A stretch of 64,000 nucleotides of DNA. Source: a virus. Location: positions 1 through 64,000 of IMG/VR virus record IMGVR_UViG_3300032893_000031; one strand, written 5' to 3'. This document shows, piece after piece, positions 54,251-63,080 of the stretch. Below the pieces are notes generated by a model that did not search any database, was not told the origin of the DNA, and worked only from the letters and a program-made list of their open reading frames with translations. The position numbers were made by a program, and so were the translations under genes. Positions within the stretch are counted from its first letter, which is position 1, and the number at the start of each line of letters is the position of its first letter.

Positions 54251-55251
54251 AGAAGAAGGTTCTCATCGGGTTTTTGGTCATGCTTGGCTTGGCGATTCCC
54301 GCGCTGGTCAGAACGCCGCTGTTCCAGTCGTTTCTCCAATCGAACATGGATGGCGCCGGGTATTCCATCACCAACCTTTCGTCGGTATGGGCCACCAACT
54401 TCTTTGACGCCGCGACGGGCATTGAGTTGACCAACGAGTTCGTCTCGCCCTCGACGGCCACCAATATCGCGGCTCAACAGGCCCGGTTCGCCACCAACGG
54501 GATGCTTTCTGCCGTGCAGGTGACTAATGCGGCCATCCAACAAGCGAGCTACACCACCAATGGTATCTTCGCCACGATCACCAATGCCGCAATCCAGCAG
54601 GCCGCTTACGTCACGAATGCTTTGTTGAGCGCCACCCAGACTACCAATGCTGCGGCGCAACAAGCGAATTGGGCCACGAATGGAATTCTCTCAGCGCAGC
54701 AGGTGACGAATGCGGCCTCACAACAAGCCCAATATGCGACTAACGGACTGGCCATAATCGCGGGCAGCAATATTACCGTGACAACCAACGGTGCTGGCAG
54801 TTTCACCATTGCCTCGACGGCATCAGGAGGAGCGACAGGGGCGATCACCAATAATTCAACGCAGGGCACGGTAAACCTGCAAGGGCCGGTGAACAGCACC
54901 AACGGCGTGTATCAAGGCACTACCACGCTCGCTTTTACCAGAGGCACAAACGTCATCGTTGACTTTTCAACCGGAACGAGATTTAAGTTGTTGCTCACCA
55001 CCAATGCATGGCTGATCCCGTCGAATATCAACTCGGTTTTGGACTCCGACTTCGTCCTCAAGACCTTCATGGCCAGCCCCGGACTGTTTACGGTTGGTCT
55101 TGGGACCAATACGCTTGGGCAGAGGTTCACCATTCCCGGTGGGGTTTCTTTCACGGCAACCACGAACGTTGGCGCGGCAGACCTTTACACCATGATGGCC
55201 GACTACACGGGCACCAACACCTGCATTGTGTTGGCCCCCAACTTCAAATGA
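54247..55251 (+). CDS. Fibre-like protein with an N-terminal signal/anchor and five tandem repeats of about 20 aa each
   Basis: MKKKVLIGFLVMLGLAIPALV. Repeats of the form TNAAxQQAxYxTNGxLSAxQV span about 54463-54760. Confidence 0.55.
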   Translation: MKKKVLIGFLVMLGLAIPALVRTPLFQSFLQSNMDGAGYSITNLSSVWATNFFDAATGIELTNEFVSPSTATNIAAQQARFATNGMLSAVQVTNAAIQQASYTTNGIFATITNAAIQQAAYVTNALLSATQTTNAAAQQANWATNGILSAQQVTNAASQQAQYATNGLAIIAGSNITVTTNGAGSFTIASTASGGATGAITNNSTQGTVNLQGPVNSTNGVYQGTTTLAFTRGTNVIVDFSTGTRFKLLLTTNAWLIPSNINSVLDSDFVLKTFMASPGLFTVGLGTNTLGQRFTIPGGVSFTATTNVGAADLYTMMADYTGTNTCIVLAPNFK

Positions 55252-56036
55252 GGGCCTTGCTATTTTGCACCCTGCTGATTTGCGCATCGGCTTCGGCTCA
55301 GATTGCGCTTTGGAATAAGACGCAACGGGCGATTGTGCCGCAAGGGTTGGTTGGCTACTGGACGCTGGATGTGGCGGATTGCCAGAATGGCAAGGTATGG
55401 GATTCAAGCGGGACGGCAACGGGCGCGTTCACAGTCGCAGTTCCAACCCAAACAAATGGCGTGGTTGGTCAAGGCATGTTTTTCAACGGAACACAGTATG
55501 TGGATACCACGACTTCATCGAACGCTTGGTATAACTTCAAGACCGGGACTGTGTGTTTGTGGTGCAAGGAACGGGATACAGGCGGCGAAACCATTCCGTG
55601 GTCGGCCTCGTCCACCAGCGGCACCAGCACTGAAATTTTTATCGAGGAAGATTGGCGGTCGGGAAATAAGTTTTGGAACATCTGTTGCCGGTATAACGGG
55701 ACAACTGAGTGGCAATATACGATCTACATTCCGGGGGGCTACGCCAGCAACAACTGGGTTCACATCGCCATCGCCCAAAATGGGGTTGCGCCGACGTTTT
55801 TTACGAATGGGGTTCTGTCAACGATGACAGGAACAACTACCACGGCCCCGTCATATTGGCTGAGCAACATTTTGTACTCAGCAAACTCCAAGCCCGCGAA
55901 TACGATTTCTATTGGAGTGCTGCGTCGAAGCACGGGGTTGGTCAGTCAATACGCGGGGGCGGTGGATGATGTGCGGGTTTACAACTACGCGCTTTCGGCA
56001 GCGCAGATCGCCAGCATTTACAAGGCGGGACACTGA
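55248..56036 (+). CDS. Secreted LamG / concanavalin-A-like lectin domain protein
   Basis: MRALLFCTLLICASASAQ signal. LVGYWTLD...WDSSG...GQGMFFNG...WVHIAIAQNG...YAGAVDDVRVYNYALSAAQIASIY (Laminin_G_3 pattern). Confidence 0.8.
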   Translation: MRALLFCTLLICASASAQIALWNKTQRAIVPQGLVGYWTLDVADCQNGKVWDSSGTATGAFTVAVPTQTNGVVGQGMFFNGTQYVDTTTSSNAWYNFKTGTVCLWCKERDTGGETIPWSASSTSGTSTEIFIEEDWRSGNKFWNICCRYNGTTEWQYTIYIPGGYASNNWVHIAIAQNGVAPTFFTNGVLSTMTGTTTTAPSYWLSNILYSANSKPANTISIGVLRRSTGLVSQYAGAVDDVRVYNYALSAAQIASIYKAGH

Positions 56037-56038
56037 GC

Positions 56039-57844
56039 ATGGCCTCCAAAGCCCCGCCATTGCCTGAGCCGCTGACCGAAGCCGATTTCTTCGCCTACCG
56101 CCACGCCTACGCCAATCGCTTCAAAGGCCCGGTCCCGCGCCTGGAAATGTTCCGGCGCATCGCCGACACGCTGATGCCCAACTGGTTTGAGTGGCACCCG
56201 TGGACCAACCGGATGGTGGAAGCCCTGGGCCGCTACAGGTGGGAGGCATGGTCAGGGTGTTCGGGAAGCTCTAAAACGTGGAACAGCGCCAATTACGCCT
56301 GCTTGTGGTGGCTGATGGCGCCAGAGGAATCCTCCGTTATCTTCTGCTCCACGACGATGAAGATGCTGCGGCGCCGCGCCTGGGCGTACATCCAGAAATT
56401 CGAGCAGCGGTTCTCCGAGCGCATGGGCATGAAGGTTGGCAACTTTGTGGACTCCCGCACCGTCTGGCAATGCCAGCAGGGGGACGACCTGCACGCGATG
56501 TTTTGCGTGGCCGTCGGTGAGGGGGATGCCAACAAGATTGCGGCCAACATCCAGGGCATTCACACCCGCCGGCAGTTGGTGATCATTGACGAGGCCGAGG
56601 CGGTGCCCAGCGCGATCTGGAAAGCCTGCGCCAACCTCTACTCCTACCCGATCAACGCCGGTGGCGAATTCATCCTTCTGGCCATCGCCAACGCCCGCTC
56701 GCGCCTGAGCCAGTTTGGGCGCTTCTGCGAGCCCGCTAACGGCTGGAATTCCGTCAGCATTGACACCGACGAGTGGGAGACCAAGCCGCAGTTGGACGGC
56801 ACGCCCGGGCACGTCCTGCGCTTTGACTTCCGCAAGACCCCCAACATCACGGAGGGCCGCACGGTCTCGCATCACCTGCCGACCAAGCAGCACGTCGAGA
56901 TGACGCTCAAGGCACTGGCCGCGCGCGGCGCCGAGAATGACCCAGAGCATTGGGCGTACAACCTGAGCTTCCCCGTCCCGGAGGGCTTTGCCAAAACAGT
57001 GTTCACCGAGACGCTGTTCGACAAATACGACGCCTACGGCAAGCTCACCTTCACCGGCAACCGCTTCATGATCATCGGCACGCTCGATCCCGCCTACACC
57101 GGCGACCGCCCGGCCCTGCGATTCGGGGCCTTCGGGGAAATCGAAACTGGCAAGATGGGCATTGAATCCATGCCGCCCATCGTCCTCTACACCGACACCA
57201 CCAGCAAAGACCCGATTCGCTACCAACTTGTTCGGCAGGTGCGCCAGCATTGCGCCAACGTCATGTGGCGCGGCCAGAAATACGAGTGCAAGCCGGAGAA
57301 TTTCGGGTTTGATGCCTCGGGCGACGGCGGGATCTGCGATATTGCCATCCAGGAATGGAGCCCGGAGATCATCAAAATCCAGTACGGGGGTTCTGCCAGC
57401 GACGAGCCGTGCTCGCATGAGGACCGGCGCCCCGCCAGCGAGGTCTATAAAAACAAGCGGGCGGAAATGTATTACCGCACCCGCAGCGCCATCGAGTCCA
57501 GCCAGATGAAGGGCTTGGATAAGGACACGGCCGCCGAGCTTTCCACCCTCGAGTACTCGGACACCCGGCCTGATGGCAGCATCAAGCCGATCACGCTGAT
57601 GGACAAGAAGGAGTATCGGGTGAAGTTCAACAAGTCGCCGGACTTGGCTGACTGCTTCGTCCAACTCATCGAGGTCGCGCGCCTGCGCGGGTTCTCCCTC
57701 ACCGCCCGCGGCAACACCATCCAAACGCTGGTCGAGGCGGACAAGGAGGCGCAAGTCGCCCAGGCCGTTTACGAAACCGCCGACACCGCCGCACCATCGG
57801 AAATCATCGAGGGCGTCGAGGACATGGTGGAGGAGGTCTGGTGA
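56039..57844 (+). CDS. terL: Terminase large subunit
   Basis: Walker A GCSGSSKT and Walker B QLVIIDEAEAV. About 600 aa with a C-terminal nuclease-sized domain. Confidence 0.8.
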   Translation: MASKAPPLPEPLTEADFFAYRHAYANRFKGPVPRLEMFRRIADTLMPNWFEWHPWTNRMVEALGRYRWEAWSGCSGSSKTWNSANYACLWWLMAPEESSVIFCSTTMKMLRRRAWAYIQKFEQRFSERMGMKVGNFVDSRTVWQCQQGDDLHAMFCVAVGEGDANKIAANIQGIHTRRQLVIIDEAEAVPSAIWKACANLYSYPINAGGEFILLAIANARSRLSQFGRFCEPANGWNSVSIDTDEWETKPQLDGTPGHVLRFDFRKTPNITEGRTVSHHLPTKQHVEMTLKALAARGAENDPEHWAYNLSFPVPEGFAKTVFTETLFDKYDAYGKLTFTGNRFMIIGTLDPAYTGDRPALRFGAFGEIETGKMGIESMPPIVLYTDTTSKDPIRYQLVRQVRQHCANVMWRGQKYECKPENFGFDASGDGGICDIAIQEWSPEIIKIQYGGSASDEPCSHEDRRPASEVYKNKRAEMYYRTRSAIESSQMKGLDKDTAAELSTLEYSDTRPDGSIKPITLMDKKEYRVKFNKSPDLADCFVQLIEVARLRGFSLTARGNTIQTLVEADKEAQVAQAVYETADTAAPSEIIEGVEDMVEEVW

Positions 57845-58467
57845 AACTCATCGTTCGCTCGCCGGGCCAACTTCCATACGGCGGAAAATATTCACTGAAC
57901 CTCCCCGAGCTTGGCATCGTCGGCTGGGGCCAGAATTACTTCGATCTCAAGGAACGCGTGGAAGCCTGGCGCCACGCCAACGGCTGGCCTGTCGGGCTGG
58001 GCTTTGACGAGGAATTGCAGGCGGCGGTCTGCCGCGATTACCCCGCCGAATGCACCATCGAACTGCCGCCCGCCCTTCCCGCCCCGCAGAAAATCGGCTG
58101 GGGGGACGTGATGCGCGGGACGGTGATGATGGCCAAGAACAAGCTCGCGGGCTCGCCCACGGTCTCCGACGAGGAAGCCAACCGCCGGGCCGAAATCTGC
58201 GCGCGGTGCATCCTGCGATCCGATTACACCAGCCCGTGCCCACTGTGCAAAGACCTGGAGAATTTGGCGGTCTCAATGGTGGGGGCACGCACCACCAAGT
58301 TTGACGGCCGCCTGCAACGCAAGGCGTGCGCGATATGTCATTGCTTCCTCGGTGCCAGCGTGTGGGTTGATCTCGATCTCCAATGGTCCGTCCTGTCCGA
58401 CGAGCAGAAGGAACAGTTCTGGGTGGCCCATCGGGAGATCGGCTGCTGGAAGTGCCCCACCACCTAA
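57841..58467 (+). CDS. Cys-rich hypothetical protein
   Basis: GTGA overlap with terL. Contains CARC...CPLC...CAICHC...CWKC. Confidence 0.5.
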   Translation: MKLIVRSPGQLPYGGKYSLNLPELGIVGWGQNYFDLKERVEAWRHANGWPVGLGFDEELQAAVCRDYPAECTIELPPALPAPQKIGWGDVMRGTVMMAKNKLAGSPTVSDEEANRRAEICARCILRSDYTSPCPLCKDLENLAVSMVGARTTKFDGRLQRKACAICHCFLGASVWVDLDLQWSVLSDEQKEQFWVAHREIGCWKCPTT

Positions 58468-58489
58468 AACACTTATTGCATAATAGGTG

Positions 58490-58517
58490 TTGACAGGGGA
58501 TTGGCTTGGTGTAGGCT
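58490..58517 (+). promoter_or_regulatory. Sigma70-like promoter, possibly giving a leaderless or very short-leader mRNA
   Basis: TTGACA (58490-58495), 16 nt, then TAGGCT (58512-58517). The ATG at 58524 lies only 6 nt after the -10 hexamer. Confidence 0.5.
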
Positions 58518-58523
58518 TTTTTC

Positions 58524-59345
58524 ATGAACGAACCAATCCACATCATCAGCCTCGGCGCTGGCGTGCAGAGCAGCACAATGGCCCTGATGGCTGCCGCTGG
58601 CGAGATAACGCCGATGCCGGTTGCGGCGATATTCGCGGATACCCAGGCTGAACCAAAGTCCGTTTACACGTGGCTGGACTGGCTGGAAAAGCAGTTGCCG
58701 TTTCCGGTGCGCCGAGTGACGGCGGGCAGCTTGGTTGATGACGCCTTGAGGATTCGTGAGCGCAAAGACAAAACCGGATTCTGGTCTCCGTCTGCGATTC
58801 CCCACTACTCAATCAACGCCGATGGCAGTGACGGTCACGGGCCGCGCCAATGCACTCACGATTTCAAACTGCTTCCACTGGGCCGCGAGACGCGCAAGGT
58901 CCTGTTGGAACACGGCGCAAAAGAATGCGTCACATGGATTGGAATTTCTATTGATGAAGCTGCCCGAATGAAAGAAAGCCGTGTGCGGCATATCGTTCAC
59001 CGGTGGCCGCTGGTTGATCTCTGCATCAAACGTTCGGATTGTCTTGCGTGGATGGCTGAGCGCGGGTTCCCCAAGCCTCCGAGAAGCGCGTGTGTGTTCT
59101 GCCCCTACCACTCAGACCGTGAGTGGCGGCGACTAAAAACCGAGGAGCCGGCCGAGTTTGACTATGCTGTGAAGTTTGAGCGGGATTATCAAGCGGTGAA
59201 AAAGACAACACTGTGCGACAAGAACGTTCAATTTTTCCTTCACTCGAAACGCGTTCCTCTAGACCAAGTGGACTTTTCCACCGAAGAAGAGCGCGGCCAA
59301 CTCAACATGTTCAATAACGAGTGCGAGGGGATGTGTGGGGTATGA
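58524..59345 (+). CDS. PAPS reductase / DndC-like PP-loop ATP-pyrophosphatase family protein
   Basis: IISLGAGVQSSTMALM (PP-loop variant of SGGxDS). Later CVFCPY and a C-terminal Cys cluster, typical of phage PAPS-reductase-like proteins. Confidence 0.65.
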   Translation: MNEPIHIISLGAGVQSSTMALMAAAGEITPMPVAAIFADTQAEPKSVYTWLDWLEKQLPFPVRRVTAGSLVDDALRIRERKDKTGFWSPSAIPHYSINADGSDGHGPRQCTHDFKLLPLGRETRKVLLEHGAKECVTWIGISIDEAARMKESRVRHIVHRWPLVDLCIKRSDCLAWMAERGFPKPPRSACVFCPYHSDREWRRLKTEEPAEFDYAVKFERDYQAVKKTTLCDKNVQFFLHSKRVPLDQVDFSTEEERGQLNMFNNECEGMCGV

Positions 59346-60004
59346 CAAAAGCACATTCCTACCTCCGGGTCTCCGGCAAGGGCCAGGTTGACGGTGACGG
59401 CTTTCCCCGCCAGCGCGCGGTTATCGAAGCCTACTGCCAGGCCCACAACATCATTATCGAGCGCGAGTTCGTGGAGCAGGGCGTATCGGGCACCCTCGAT
59501 GCCTTCGACCGGCCGGCCCTCACCGACCTGATGGTGGCGATCAAGGCCAACGGGGTGCGCCTGGTGCTGGTCGAACGCGCCGACCGGCTGGCCCGCGACC
59601 TGATGATCTCCGAGATCCTGCTCTCGGAGTTCCGCAAGCTGGGCGTGAAGGTGATTGCCGCCGACAGCGACACCGACTTGAGCGTGGAGGACAAAGACCC
59701 CACCCGCACGCTCGTCCGCCAGATGTTGGGCGCCATCGCGCAGTTCGAGAAATCCTGCATCGTGCAGAAGCTCCGCGCCGCCCGCGCGCGCGCGCGCCGG
59801 GACAACGGGCGGTGCGAGGGGAGAAAGCCTTACGGGAGCAAGCCCGGGGAGCATGGGGTGTTTGATTACATGAAAGAACTGCGCGCGGAAGGCAAGTCGT
59901 TCAAAGCCATCGCCCAAATCCTGAACGAGAAGAACATCCCCACCCGCGTTCGAGACGCGGCGTGGCACCCGACTACGCTGGCCAGGATTTTGGGGAGGGG
60001 TTAG
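59342..60004 (+). CDS. Small serine recombinase (resolvase/invertase catalytic domain plus C-terminal HTH)
   Basis: SYLRVSGKGQ (catalytic Ser), LVLVERADRLARD and GKSFKAIAQILNEKNIPT...WHPTTLARIL. Confidence 0.85.
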   Translation: MTKAHSYLRVSGKGQVDGDGFPRQRAVIEAYCQAHNIIIEREFVEQGVSGTLDAFDRPALTDLMVAIKANGVRLVLVERADRLARDLMISEILLSEFRKLGVKVIAADSDTDLSVEDKDPTRTLVRQMLGAIAQFEKSCIVQKLRAARARARRDNGRCEGRKPYGSKPGEHGVFDYMKELRAEGKSFKAIAQILNEKNIPTRVRDAAWHPTTLARILGRG

Positions 60005-60741
60005 CCGTCCCGCTGGCAAACTTCGATCACAGCCGATCCTTCTTTCAGTATCACGCGGATAAGGTCCGGCGGATTGGCGTTGGTGCGCTCGAAACCCACG
60101 TTCTTGCCGATGGTCTTGCGGATCACCCACCGGCCAATGATCGATACGTTGGCTGGCGGCGGCGCTGGCATGTGCATTTTTTCTTCCCCATTTGAGGAGG
60201 CAAAAGTGCGTACGGTCTTGGATTTCTGCCCCAGCGCCTGCCACTCTGCATTCCCCTCACCATGCTTGGGAATCCACAGGCGCGCCTGTTCCTCCACCGA
60301 CCGCACCGACCGCTCGCCCAACGCGCGTTTCAGTTCCAGCCGGCTCATCTCGCGCACCGTCTTTTTCGAGACGACAGGCTTGCCGTTGGCTACCCGAACC
60401 ACGACATCAATCGGCTGGCTGCACAGCCGCGCCTGTTCGTCGTAGGGGTATCCCATAAGCCGGCGGACCGGCATCGCCGGGGAGATCAAAAGCTGCGGAT
60501 GAAGCTGTTTTCTGCCGATTCGCTCGATGGTTTCGAGCATGTCCACCGTCAGCAGCGGCTCGCGCTGGATAATCTTGCGGTACACCCCAGGATCGTCCTT
60601 GCGCATTTCCACCAACAACCCGCCCGCGGCCTGCCAGCATTTAATGCCCTCGCGGAGCATTATCAGGAAGGTCTCGACGGCTTCGGCTCCGAGTTTGACC
60701 AGGGCGTTAACGGTTTTGGCTGGCAAGTTGGCTGGTTGCAT
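60001..60741 (-). CDS. Hypothetical protein
   Basis: Starts MQPANLPAK (alternative start 60801). Its stop codon overlaps the recombinase stop on the opposite strand. Confidence 0.45.
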   Translation of the reverse strand: MQPANLPAKTVNALVKLGAEAVETFLIMLREGIKCWQAAGGLLVEMRKDDPGVYRKIIQREPLLTVDMLETIERIGRKQLHPQLLISPAMPVRRLMGYPYDEQARLCSQPIDVVVRVANGKPVVSKKTVREMSRLELKRALGERSVRSVEEQARLWIPKHGEGNAEWQALGQKSKTVRTFASSNGEEKMHMPAPPPANVSIIGRWVIRKTIGKNVGFERTNANPPDLIRVILKEGSAVIEVCQRDG

Positions 60742-61123
60742 AAAACATTCTGAATGCTCTGCGGGATCGGAAGGCTTGAATCTCGGCCCGCTTTCGTTCA
60801 ATGGTTTCGGGCGTGATCGGGCGCCCTTGTTGTCTGAGTTGCTGCACGGCGTAATGATTGGGAATCCTCGACACCCGGCGCTTCTGATAGCGGATAACCC
60901 TCTCCAGGTTTCGCGCCTTCCATCTGTAGGTGTACTCAGCCCAGTATCGGCCCCTGTGCGGGTCTCTGGGATGCTTGCGCCGCCAGCGCCGGCTGCTGTA
61001 ACGGCGGATCACCCGAATTCTCGCCTTGAGTTCCAGCGGGCTGAACACGCTCTCAAGCCTGCCGTTGTCAGGATTGCGTTGAGTAGTGGCGGGGTTCACG
61101 AACAATCCGGCTGTTTCTGCCAT
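60707..61123 (-). CDS. Basic Arg-rich hypothetical protein
   Basis: Starts MAETAGLFV. Confidence 0.4.
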   Translation of the reverse strand: MAETAGLFVNPATTQRNPDNGRLESVFSPLELKARIRVIRRYSSRRWRRKHPRDPHRGRYWAEYTYRWKARNLERVIRYQKRRVSRIPNHYAVQQLRQQGRPITPETIERKRAEIQAFRSRRAFRMFYATSQLASQNR

Positions 61124-61350
61124 TTGACGATGGCAAACCTTCGGGATTGCGCAATCGGCCCCTCGGCGTTGCAGTGCATACAGTGAACCCAAAAGCAAAA
61201 CTCCACGTCGTCATCGCCGCGTACCGTCAGGTCCGCACTGCCGCAGAATGGGCAGGGAAGCATGGATTGCCCTTCGGTTTCAAACTCAGTCGGGGCGTTT
61301 GCTTTATCCCGGTTGCGCTCAGCGATTAACTCAAGGGTGAGCTGACTCAT
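61096..61350 (-). CDS. Lar-family restriction-alleviation-like zinc-ribbon protein
   Basis: LPCPFCGSADLTV...WVHCMHCNAEGP...AIVKWQ. Confidence 0.6.
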   Translation of the reverse strand: MSQLTLELIAERNRDKANAPTEFETEGQSMLPCPFCGSADLTVRGDDDVEFCFWVHCMHCNAEGPIAQSRRFAIVKWQKQPDCS

Positions 61351-61364
61351 ACTCTGGAATCCGA

Positions 61365-62090
61365 TTAGACTCCGATCTGATTCTCTCTACCAAGCAAATC
61401 CGGCGCGCCCAACTCCTTGCGCTCCATCACCGATACCAGCGTCCAGCCGCGCCATTGGTGTCCGGCCTTGCCGTCTGTGCGCTGGAGGTTGTTGAAGCCC
61501 CCGACCGCCCGCTGCCAGAGCGCCAGCTTGGACATCGGGCGCTCATCCGGCAGGAATCGGTGTTCGTTGGCCCGGCACCACGATTGCAGGTTGTCGAATT
61601 CGTGAATGACACCCCGCGGATCCCGGATGATCCAGTGAAGCGCCTTGTGATGGTCGGGCCGGTCTCTGGCGTCTCGCCCAAACCCATGCGTGCCCGTCAG
61701 GGCCTTTGCGATGGACTGCCGGCGTCTGGCTTCGGCTTCCGGCGGCAGGTCTGTCGGCCGCAGTAGTCCTTTTAAGGATGCCAGACGATGTTCTTCAGAG
61801 AGTTTTCGCCCGGTGAGCGCCTTCGAGATGGCCGCGCGCGTTTCTTCCGGCACGGGCCGCCCACGCCGTGGCGCGCACCGTTTCTCCACCAACTCGCGGG
61901 TCTGGTGGCGCATGGTTGAAAACTTGGATTCATCCTTCCAGGCAGACTTCAAGCCGCGCGACTGGTTCTGCGACCATTCGGGCGAGTGCTTCTTGCCGCG
62001 GAACTGGTGCCCGCGCACGTATCGCCGAGGACGCCCATGGTTGTCGGGTCCAAGTTCCGTCTGACAGCCGCAGAGGCATAGGGTTTTCAC
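61365..62090 (-). CDS. NUMOD3-repeat DNA-binding protein (homing-endonuclease-associated type)
   Basis: GRPVPEETRAAISKALTGRKLSEEHR and RRRQSIAKALTG repeats, with an N-terminal CLCGC cluster. Confidence 0.55.
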   Translation of the reverse strand: MKTLCLCGCQTELGPDNHGRPRRYVRGHQFRGKKHSPEWSQNQSRGLKSAWKDESKFSTMRHQTRELVEKRCAPRRGRPVPEETRAAISKALTGRKLSEEHRLASLKGLLRPTDLPPEAEARRRQSIAKALTGTHGFGRDARDRPDHHKALHWIIRDPRGVIHEFDNLQSWCRANEHRFLPDERPMSKLALWQRAVGGFNNLQRTDGKAGHQWRGWTLVSVMERKELGAPDLLGRENQIGV

Positions 62091-62262
62091 ACCCCAACTG
62101 TGCCACGCCGTTACAGCATTGCAACCCGAAAGTTGTTGCCAACCCCCGCCCGGTGGGCTTATGGGTTGGGCAATGATGGATTGCGAGTCCAGTTGTCATA
62201 CAGGATTTCGGACCCGGCAGGCAACCCGGAGCCCGGAAGTTGACGGCACCAAAACGTCTTCT

Positions 62263-62300
62263 GCCCCCATTGCTCGCAACGGTGGGGGCTTTTCTTTTCT
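62263..62300 (+). terminator. Intrinsic-terminator-like hairpin on the + strand in a gene-free region
   Basis: GCCCCCA (62263-62269) pairs with TGGGGGC (62283-62289), followed by TTTTCTTTTCT. Confidence 0.5.
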
Positions 62301-62890
62301 ATGAGCCGCGGCGGCGCCATCGGAACACCCTGCACGCTCCACCGAGTTCCGGCAAAGTGGTTCCGACCCCGCCCCCGTGACAAATACCGCGCCAAGCTTA
62401 TGCGCCGGCAGATCGCCAGAGATGCCCTCCCCGGCAACTCCCAATACATCATTTTCTCGAAGTCCACGCCCGATAACCGCATTCTCGCGCAGCCGCCGAT
62501 GGTAATCGACGGACACCAGATACCTCCCTCTGGTCCGGGCCTGACCGCCCGGGCTCCACTCGTAGCGTCAAACGAGAGTAGGCCCCAACGTGGTGTTGGC
62601 CAGCCGAACAGTCCAGCGCGAGACGCGACTGCGGTGTTTCCGACCGGGACAGCCCAGCCCTGTTTGGCCAACGGCAGCACGTAAAGGCCAGTCGCCCGGC
62701 AGGCATTACCGCCCCCGGCAGGCTCTGAGGCAACCGCCAGCAGTTGGACGATCTCCAACCGGCGCCGCAGACCCATTTGGACTTCCTGTGCCTAGACAAA
62801 ACCAGCCCAATCCATACTCAACTTCAACTCGGTTCCAGTCTCAGGTTTGGTGAATCGCCAACCCGGAAACTTCCCAAAAACCCAGGATTT

Positions 62891-62923
62891 CAAAAGGCAC
62901 CCCTTGCGCTCGACGCGGGTGCC
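62891..62923 (-). terminator. Intrinsic terminator candidate downstream of gene 63081-63641
   Basis: GGCACCC (62896-62902) pairs with GGGTGCC (62917-62923). On the minus strand it is followed by TTTTG. Confidence 0.45.
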
Positions 62924-63080
62924 GAAAGGGGGCCGCCGGGGTCCTCGTCCGGGTCCTGGGCCGCGAAAAGAATTCTTACCGCCGGCCAGGCGCCGGGAGC
63001 CACCGTCGCGGCCGGCTCGTGACAGGATGGCTCAGCCCGGAAGTGTGACACGCACGATTTCTGTAGAAATGGTGTGCGGT

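Noticed and set aside
53759-60004. Gin/Cin-type invertible tail-fibre segment controlled by the serine recombinase
   Set aside because: The recombinase lies 3.3 kb away with terL in between. I found no matching inverted repeats flanking the opposite-orientation fibre genes. The orientation change is explained by a divergent promoter gap.
62159-62799. Three mutually overlapping minus-strand ORFs (205, 116 and 106 aa) and + strand ORFs 62301-62684 and 62847-63386
   Set aside because: All give R/P/G/A-rich products with no motifs, no coupling to neighbours and conflicting frames. I report the region as non-coding or undetermined.
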